Below are positions 57,053 through 64,000 of a stretch of DNA of 64,000 bases, piece after piece. How positions within the stretch are numbered: position 1 is the stretch's first letter; every line of letters starts with the position of its first letter. The position numbers and the translations under genes are program-made. Source of the DNA: an uncultured Actinomycetes bacterium (GTDB lineage Bacteria; Actinomycetota; Thermoleophilia; RBG-16-64-13); assembly GCA_963784835.1 (NCBI GenBank), contig CAWASM010000001.1, positions 392,926-456,925 of the forward strand, given 5' to 3'. Below the pieces are notes generated by a model. That model saw only the letters and a list, made by a program, of their open reading frames with translations. It was not told where the DNA came from and did not search any database.

Positions 57053-57205
57053 ACTGAGGGGGCGCCGGGCCCCCGTGGGCGAAGAGACACTGAGGGAGCG
57101 TGTGAGTCCGCCGAGAGCTTTACGGTACTCCGTTGTGCTCGAGGCGGGCTTGCACGCTCCCTCAGTCACTCATTGTGCGTAGCAGGGGGCCGACGCCCCC
57201 TCAGT
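57053..57205. repeat. Nested double hairpin (element C) abutting the cyclase gene stop codon
   Basis: Outer stem ~20 bp, 57053-57073 with 57185-57205. Inner near-perfect ~78-nt hairpin at 57089-57166, with a 14-bp base ACTGAGGGAGCGTG / CACGCTCCCTCAGT. The inner loop AGCTTTACGGTACTCCGTTGTGCTCGAGGCGG resembles the loop of element B. Confidence 0.7.
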
Positions 57206-57987
57206 CACTCCCCGCGTTCGAAGCGAAACGTCCCCTCCGCATCCACCAAGGCCAGCAGCCGGACGATGCAGCCGTCTCCACCCGGCCAACGCCAGGGGAA
57301 GGCCATGAAGGTACAGCGCTTGCCGGTGACCGCGTCCAGTTCTCCGCCGACATTCTCGATGCCGGGGATGCCGCCCTTGACCATGAGGGTCTTGTGAGCG
57401 GGCTCCCACTCGGGGAAGTCCTCCAGCGGATCGCGGCCGGTCTCGGCCTTGTACTCCTCGATCAGATGCGGATGCGTCGGGCCAAGCCCGTGGTTGACAA
57501 GCTTGGTGGCGATGGGGTGGTCGTTGGCCTGGCAGCCATAGCCCACCATCTTGACCTTCTTGTCGACCAGCCACTGGGCTCCCGGCTTGTAGATGCCGGG
57601 ACCGTAGGCGAAGTACTCGTCGGTGTCGGCCCACTTGTGGTGGAAGCCGGTGTTGATGATGACGATGTCGCCCTCTTGGATCTTGGGTGTAGCCGCCTCC
57701 AGCAGCTCCGGAGTGATGAGACCCCACTTGCCCATGGGGATCGACACACACACTCCGGTGCCGAACAGACGCCAAAGCGGATAGTCGGCGATGGTGGGAG
57801 TGTTCTCGGTCACGTGGAGAGGCGCGTCCATGTGGGTGCAGCGATGCATGATGCCTTCCCACTGGATCTGAGAGACGCCGTCCCTGGCGTGGAACTTGTC
57901 CACGGTGAGATTCACGCTGGGCGTCGACGGCCACTCCGGCATGAACTGCATGAACGTGTGAGTGAGGTCATATACCTTCAGACCCAT
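57205..57987 (-). CDS. Cyclase-family protein (kynurenine formamidase-like metal hydrolase fold), intact
   Basis: VYDLTHTF...THMDAPLHV...GDIVIINTGFHHKW...GAQWLVDKKVKMVGYG. Confidence 0.8.
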   Translation of the reverse strand: MGLKVYDLTHTFMQFMPEWPSTPSVNLTVDKFHARDGVSQIQWEGIMHRCTHMDAPLHVTENTPTIADYPLWRLFGTGVCVSIPMGKWGLITPELLEAATPKIQEGDIVIINTGFHHKWADTDEYFAYGPGIYKPGAQWLVDKKVKMVGYGCQANDHPIATKLVNHGLGPTHPHLIEEYKAETGRDPLEDFPEWEPAHKTLMVKGGIPGIENVGGELDAVTGKRCTFMAFPWRWPGGDGCIVRLLALVDAEGTFRFERGE

Positions 57988-58017
57988 GTCCTTGGCTCCT
58001 TTCAGCTGGCTCGACGT

Positions 58018-58825
58018 CTACTTGCCCGGCTCGATCCGCAGCTTGCCGCTGGGATCCCACATGGCGACGAGCCGGACCAGGCATGCGTCTCCGTGCTCAA
58101 GCTTCCAAGGAGTTGCGGCCAAAGTAGCCCTCTTCCCCTTGACGACGTCCGCGTCCCCGCCGACTTGCTCGATGGTCGGGATGCCCGCACCCAGCAGGAT
58201 CTTGTGGGCGACGTTCCAATCCCCGTGCTCTTTCTTGGGATCCAGCCCGGTGGCCTTGGCATATTCACCGGCGAGACGTTTCATCTGCGGGCCGCCGCGA
58301 TGAGTTGGCCATAGAGGTCGCCAGAGGATGGTCGATGAAAGGGGTATCGATGGCCACCATCTTGGCATTCTTCTTCACCAGCCACTCGGCCGCGTCCTTG
58401 GAGAGGCCCGGGGCTTCCCCGTAGTATTCGAGAGCGTCGGAGTACTTGTGATGCCACCCGGTCACGATGACCACTATGTCGCCGTCTTTGACGCCGGGAC
58501 TGGCCTTCTCGAGATCCGCCGCGGTGATGACTTCCCAATTCTTCTTGGGAACGTCCAGAACGGCGCCGTTGCCGAAGAACCGATCGGGCGAGATGGCGGC
58601 CAGGTCGGCGCCCTTCTGGATCAGGTGGAACGGAGCGTTCATGTGAGTGCCTGTATGCATCACCGTGGTGACGCGCCACGCCAGCACCCCGTGTTGCGCG
58701 TGCTTGACCCCGCGAAGCATCTTGACGTCGGCTTGCCCGGGATATGAAGGGGCGCCGTGACCCCACTCATGGCTGAGTTCGATCAGCTGCAGCCCTGACG
58801 CCGGGTCCGTGGTGACATTGGTCAT
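58018..58825 (-). CDS. Cyclase-family protein, paralog of the preceding gene; one frame break near 58300
   Basis: LIELSHEW...TGTHMNAPFHL...GDIVVIVTGWHHKY...AAEWLVKKNAKMVAIDTP. Tail ...GIPTIEQVGGDADVVKGKRATLAATPWKLEHGDACLVRLVAM is in ORF 58018..58368. Confidence 0.8.
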
Positions 58826-59006
58826 AGTCACGTCTCCTTTTCGGGCGGGAAGTACCACAAAGTGAAATCACTATACCATGGCCGGGCCGCTCAACACCCC
58901 TGGGACGTGGTCGCGGCGATGGCTCCTGAGCAAACCCTCAAGCCTCTGAGACCGCGCTCTACCTGAGTTCAGCCCCCCAGGTCGCACCGGTGCCCATAAG
59001 CAGTCT

Positions 59007-59040
59007 CGCTTCGCAGGTTCACCATCGAACCTGCGAAGCG
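59007..59040 (-). terminator. 14-bp perfect hairpin downstream of livF (possible U-tract-less terminator)
   Basis: CGCTTCGCAGGTTC-ACCATC-GAACCTGCGAAGCG, about 57 nt after the livF stop. No U-run follows on the minus strand. Confidence 0.35.
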
Positions 59041-59096
59041 GACATGCGCTTAGAGCGCAGGTGCTACTTCAATCGAATGTCTTGGCCTGGCGGGTT

Positions 59097-59803
59097 CTAC
59101 ACCCCCAAGTATGCCTTGCGAACATGGTCGCTCTGCTTGAGCACCGAGCAGACGCCCTCCAGCGCAAGGTGACCGTTCTCCAGAACGTAGGCCCGATCGG
59201 CGATATTGAGCGTTTGCCGGACGTTCTGCTCCACCAGAAGGATGGTGATCCCTTCCTCGTGCAGCGACTTCAGGATCTCGAACACCTCGTTCACGACGAG
59301 CGGTGCCAAACCGTTCGACGGCTCATCGACGAGCACCATCTTGGGCTTCGACATCAGCCCTCGACCCATGGCGAGCATCTGCTGCTCGCCGCCGCTGAGA
59401 GTCCTGGCCAACTGGCCGGCGCTCTCCTTGAGACGCGGGAAGAGTTCGAAGACCTCACTCCATCGTCTCTCTGGCGGTCCTTCCAGGACCGCCTGCGGAT
59501 AGGCGCCCATCTCCAGGTTCTCTCGGATGGACATGTCGGTGAAGAGCTTGCGGCTTTCGGGGATGTGCGAGAGCCCCATATTGACGATGTCGTTGGGGCG
59601 GCTGTGTCGATCCTCTTGCCGAGGAACGTGATCGTGCCTGCCGAAGGCCTCATCACGCCGGAGATCGTCTTCAGCAGCGTGGTCTTGCCGGCGCCGTTCG
59701 CGCCGACCAGGGCGACGAACTCGCCTTCGTCGACCTTGAGCGAGAGGTCCCAGAGGACCTGCGCCCTCCCGTATGCTGCGCTGACACCGTCGACTTCAAG
59801 CAT
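59097..59803 (-). CDS. livF: Branched-chain-type ABC transporter ATP-binding protein LivF-like; one frame break
   Basis: [56 protein letters not shown]. Confidence 0.85.
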
Positions 59804-60529
59804 CGCATTCTTCCCCAAGATAGACTTCGATCACCTTCGGGTTGCTGGCCACTTCCGCCGGCGTGCCCTCGGCGATCTTCCGCCCGTAGTCAAGCACGAT
59901 GATCCGGTCGCTGATGGCCATGATGGCCTGCATCACATGCTCGATCATGATGACGGTGATGCCGCGCGACCCTGATCTGACTTGACGTCCGCCATGGCCT
60001 CGGCTACCTCGGTCTGAGTGAGCCCGGCCATCAACTCGTCGAGCAGGAGCAGCTTCGGGGCTGCTGGCAAGAGCCCGGGCCACCTCCAGGCGCTTCTGTT
60101 GAGCCAGCGTCAGGTCTCCGGCCGGAAGGTCCTTGAGAGGTGACAGATCCACGAACTCAAGGGCATCTTCGGCTTTCTTCGGGCCTCCGTGAGTCGCTCG
60201 ACGGTGCCCGTCCCGAAGAGCGAGCCGACCATGACGTTCCTTACCACGGGGACGTCGGCGAAGATCTTGACCGTCTGGAACGTCCGGGCGATGCCGAGCC
60301 GGCAGATCTTGTAGGCGGGCAGCCGGGTGATGTCACGGCCCTTGAAGATGATCTTGCCCGGCTTCGGCTTGAGCGCCGCGGAGATGAGGTTGAACAGCGT
60401 GGTCTTGCCGGCCCCGTTCGGCCCGATCAGCCCGAGGATCTCTCCTTGGTCGACGATAGAAGTCGACTTCCGACACCGCGGCCAGGCCGCCGAAATGCCG
60501 GGTGACGTCTTCACCTTCAAGCAGGTGCA
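59796..60529 (-). CDS. livG: Branched-chain-type ABC transporter ATP-binding protein LivG-like; frame breaks
   Basis: GTG at 60529 behind [78 protein letters not shown]. Confidence 0.85.
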
Positions 60530-61483
60530 CGTCGACCTCCTCTGATCTTGCGCCAGGCCTGCTGGGCCAGCCCCACGATGCCGTTCGGCATGAAAGGATG
60601 GCGAGGATCAGCACCGCCCCGAAGATGAGCATGTACAGATTCGGGAACCTGGTTACCAGGAAGTCCCCGATATAGGTGAAGATGGCGGCGCCGATCACCG
60701 GCCCCACCAGGTTGCCCATGCCGCCGAACATGGCCATCAGCACGGGCAAGAAGACGAGTTGAGGTTAAAGGCGATGCCCGGGTCGATGTAGGCCCGCCGC
60801 GTGGCGATGATGGCCCCGGCCATCCCCATGAAGATCGCGCTGGCCGCGAAGATCAGCACCTTGGTCCGGACCACGTTGATGCCGCTGTGAGCGGCGGCCT
60901 CCTCGTGTTCGCCGATGCTCTGCAGCGCCAGCCCGTAGCGGGACCGCCGGATGCAGCGCAGCCAGCGACCAACGTCAGGACCGCGACGACGAACATCGCG
61001 TAGTAGACGATACTGACGGTGCTCACGTCGCAACGAATCGGCCCCGTGTGCCGCGTCACAAGTCGCTCGACCTCGAGGACCACGTGCCTGGATGAGCAGC
61101 GACCAGAGCGAAGGTGAAGATGCCGAAGTAGACGCCCTTCAACCGCAGCGTGAGCGCACCGACCGCGAGAGCCACGACGAAGCCGACCACTCCGGCGATG
61201 ATGATGACCACCGCGAAGGGGAGCGGGCCGCTGAACACGGCGGCCATGTAGAAGCCGAGGCCGTAGAAAGCGGCCGTCGCCAGAGACATGTAGTTCGGTG
61301 GGCCCCGAGAAGATCACCCAGGCCACCGTCAGGATGGCGAACTTGCAGGATGTCGGTCAGCAGCGTGATCCAGTAGCCCGTCGTAGTACGTCGGCAGGAG
61401 CGGCCAGAAGGACCAAGAAGACGACCGAGCAACAGCCCCGCCAGAGGCCGCATCTTGCTTTGGTGTGAGGTAGTTGATTTTCA
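60516..61483 (-). CDS. livM: Branched-chain-type ABC transporter permease LivM-like; many frame breaks
   Basis: ATG at 61483 (MKINYLT...). [74 protein letters not shown]. The shifted tail reads [13 protein letters not shown] and ends in TGA at 60516. Confidence 0.7.
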
Positions 61484-61484
61484 T

Positions 61485-62352
61485 CTACTTACCCATGATC
61501 CCTTTAGGCCTTGCCAGCAGCAGCACGACAAAGATCACGTAGTAGGCGATCATCGTCCAAGGACGGCTGGAAGTAGGTGACGATCTGCGACACGAACCCC
61601 AGGATGACGCCCGCCGATCATGGCCCCGGTGATGCTGCCCAAGGCCGCCCAGCACCACCACGATCATGGCGATGACCGTGTACCGAAGCCCCATGCTGGT
61701 CGTGATGCTGATAACGGTGCTGAGCAGAGTGCCGGCTATGCCGGCCATGGCCAGACCCAGCCCGAAGCAGATGGCCAGCACGTTGTGGATGTTCACGCCC
61801 ATCAGCCCGGCCGTGGTCGGGTCCTGGGCCGAGGCCCGGATGGCCTTGCCCAGACGCGTTCGCGCCAGGAAGACGTAGAAGGCCACGCCGATCACGACGA
61901 CCACACCCAGTGCCACCAGCCGGTTGAGAGGGATCTGCGCGCAAGTGACCGACGCTGTTCAGATAACGGTACCTGTTGTATGTCGGAGCCCCAGATGATC
62001 CGGGCCATGTTCTGCACCACGTACAGCAGCCCGAACGACGCCAGCATCGACTTCCCCTCGAAGACGTCGAGCGAGGGCGACGTTGTCCATGAGGCGGCGG
62101 AACAGAGTCGAGTGCAGGAGCCAGCCGATGACAAAGATGAGAGGAGACGTGATCACGATGGACACGAGCGGGTTGAGATTGATCGTGCCGAGACAGCCAG
62201 AAGGTGATGAACGCGCCTACCATGATGAACTCGCCGTGGGCGACGTTGAGAACGCGGGCCACCCCGTACTGCAGGCTCAGCCCCACGGAGACGAGCGCAT
62301 AGATGCCGCCGAGCAGCAGACCGGTGATGACGATATCCCTGAGTGCTACCAT
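61485..62352 (-). CDS. livH: Branched-chain-type ABC transporter permease LivH-like; frame breaks
   Basis: [60 protein letters not shown], and the end ...[11 protein letters not shown]. Confidence 0.8.
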
Positions 62353-62467
62353 CCAAGATCCTTTGTGCTAGGCTGCACGTGTGACCGCGCATGCGGCGTG
62401 AGACGCGCCCGGGGGCGCGCCTCTTGGCCGCGCCCCCGGGAGCTCTGTCTTACGTTCAGCACTGCGT

Positions 62468-63879
62468 TCAGGTCTGACTGCACTTGGCTCTACTGGCTGC
62501 CGGCGCCGGCCAGGCCGGCTTCGGATAGATCGGGGCAGCGGTGCGCTTGTCGCCCGCGTCGATGACTTCCGGGACGCCGTTCTGCCACTGGCCGATCTGC
62601 CCGGCGTAGCACGAGACGTCGAGGATCTGGTTGGTCAAGAACAGGTCGTCGCTCATGACCGTCTTGAAGTGCGCCGTCCGCATGACGTCGGCGATCTTGG
62701 CCTGGTCCAGGGTGCCGGCCTGCTCGATGGCCTGCTGGAAGAACTCCAGCTGGGCCCGGTAGATAGGCGCCCCAGAAGTCGACGTTCGCCGGGCCCACGA
62801 AGGTAGACAGCTTGTCGTAGTAGGCCTTGACGGCCGGGGATCTCTGTCGTAGCTCCAGGCGCCCTCGCAGAAGATCCTGATCCAGCTGCGCCCTTGCCAG
62901 ATGTCGTAGATAGCCTGGGTGGAGCTGCCGGGACCACCAAGGAAGCACTTGGGGCTGTAGTTGAGCTGGATCAACTGCCGGTGAACGGGATGTTCTCCGG
63001 CGGGTACTGGAAGGAGCAGACACGTCCGGGTTCTCGCTCTGGATCTGCTTGATGATGCTCGACACGTCCTTGATGTCCGGCGGGACTGCGGTGTTGCTCA
63101 GGATCTCGATGCCGGCGTCGCGGCCAGGTAGATCTGCGCCTGAGACTGGTACTCGATGCCGTGCAGGTCGTCGATGTACACGATCGCAACGGTCTTCACG
63201 CCCACTTCCTTGCATGATCTCCGCGAGACGCGGGCATCTGTCGTGGTCGGAGTAGTTCAGCACCTGGAAGAACAGGGCAGGTGCCCTTGCTTCATCTCTT
63301 CTCGAGCGTAGTGGCACCACCCTCGGCGCTCATCAGCATGTAGTTGTGGGCGTTCGCCACACCGGCCGCCGCGAAATGAACGCGGTGCTGCACGGCGCGA
63401 AGATGAAGTCGACCTTGTCCTGCTTCCATGAGCTTGGTGAGCAGACGCATGCTCGTGTCCAGGTCGCTCTGGTCGTCGTAGATCTTCATCTCCACGGGCA
63501 GCTTCTTGCCGGCCACGTAAATCCCGCCGGCGGCGTTGACCTCCTCGACCCACATCTTGTAGGCGGGACCGAAGTGCGCTTGGCTTCGAAGAAGGCGTAC
63601 GCTCCGGAGAGCGGACCGCGCCTGCGCCGATGACGATCTTGTCTTGCCGGCGGGGTCAGGCCAGTGGTGACGTGTGGTGGCGCGACGGTGGTGCAGTGGT
63701 GCCGCCGCCCGCTGTGGTCGCTGTGCCCCGCATCGTGTGGTAGCTGCCGCAGCCGCCAGAGGCCTCCGAGGCCGCCGCCGCACGCGACCGCGCACCAGTG
63801 ACTGCCGGCATACTTCAGAGAAGTCACGCCGGCTGACCGGCTTCTTGGAACGACCTTCGTCTTTGGTTTCATCTCTCAT
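62468..63879 (-). CDS. Tat-exported Liv-type ABC substrate-binding protein; many frame breaks
   Basis: KKPVSRRDF/LKYAG twin-arginine signal. GPAYKMWVEEVNAAGGIYVAGKKLPVEMKIYDDQSDLDTSMRLLTKLME and C-terminal YPKPAWPAP. Confidence 0.7.
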
Positions 63880-64000
63880 TGCATGGCCCTCCCTCCATGT
63901 TTACTGATGCCTTCGAACACCTCTGTCACGGAAGCTAGTCGATTGACCGACCTCTTCCCGATCCTGCCATAGACTGCACCGACCACCTCCCAGACTCTCC

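Overview
High-GC bacterial chromosomal segment, read by eye without searches. Gene content suggests a deep-branching, probably anaerobic Actinomycetota-like organism (inference). Supporting signals are an HspR-type dnaK operon, phosphatidylinositol/PIM lipid genes, the futalosine menaquinone route, and Thr/Pro-rich lipoprotein linkers.

Main blocks, in order:
- hdrCB-like Fe-S genes.
- Three toxin-antitoxin-type pairs flanking pdxST.
- A futalosine supercluster: MqnE/C-type radical SAM, mqnA, a second radical SAM, menG/ubiE, and UbiA- and UbiD-type late-step genes.
- A GT4 glycosyltransferase and a GGDEF protein.
- A molybdenum/tungsten cofactor block (mogA, moaC-MOSC, moaA, mobB, mobA), followed by a Tup-type ABC importer behind a structured leader.
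- An orphan secretion-type ATPase.
- ligA, a HAD phosphatase, surE and an FmdB-type gene.
- A dnaK-hsp20-grpE-dnaJ-hspR operon.
- ponA, clpB and rlmD.
- A pgsA-ino1-GT4-PHP lipid cluster.
- An AI-2E transporter, a NUDIX gene, a YchF-like gene, lipoproteins and a GNAT.
- A Liv-type ABC system with two Tat-lipoprotein binding proteins and two cyclase-family genes.

No rRNA, tRNA, CRISPR array, transposase or integrase was found.

Major caveat: many conserved genes are split by +/-1 frame changes, so their coordinates are approximate. Other multi-kb blocks are intact.

Best leads:
1. A 400-bp array of nested GC-rich hairpins sharing a CTCAGTCACT core (56.8-57.2 kb).
2. A candidate Moco/Tuco riboswitch with an intrinsic terminator upstream of tupABC.
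3. An apparently stop-less MqnE/C-MqnA-MqnC/E reading frame.
4. A PHP phosphoesterase in the PI-lipid cluster, as a candidate PIP phosphatase.
5. An uncharacterised toxin-like protein paired with a DUF2283 gene.

I did not find a convincing complete novel multi-gene system such as a defence island.
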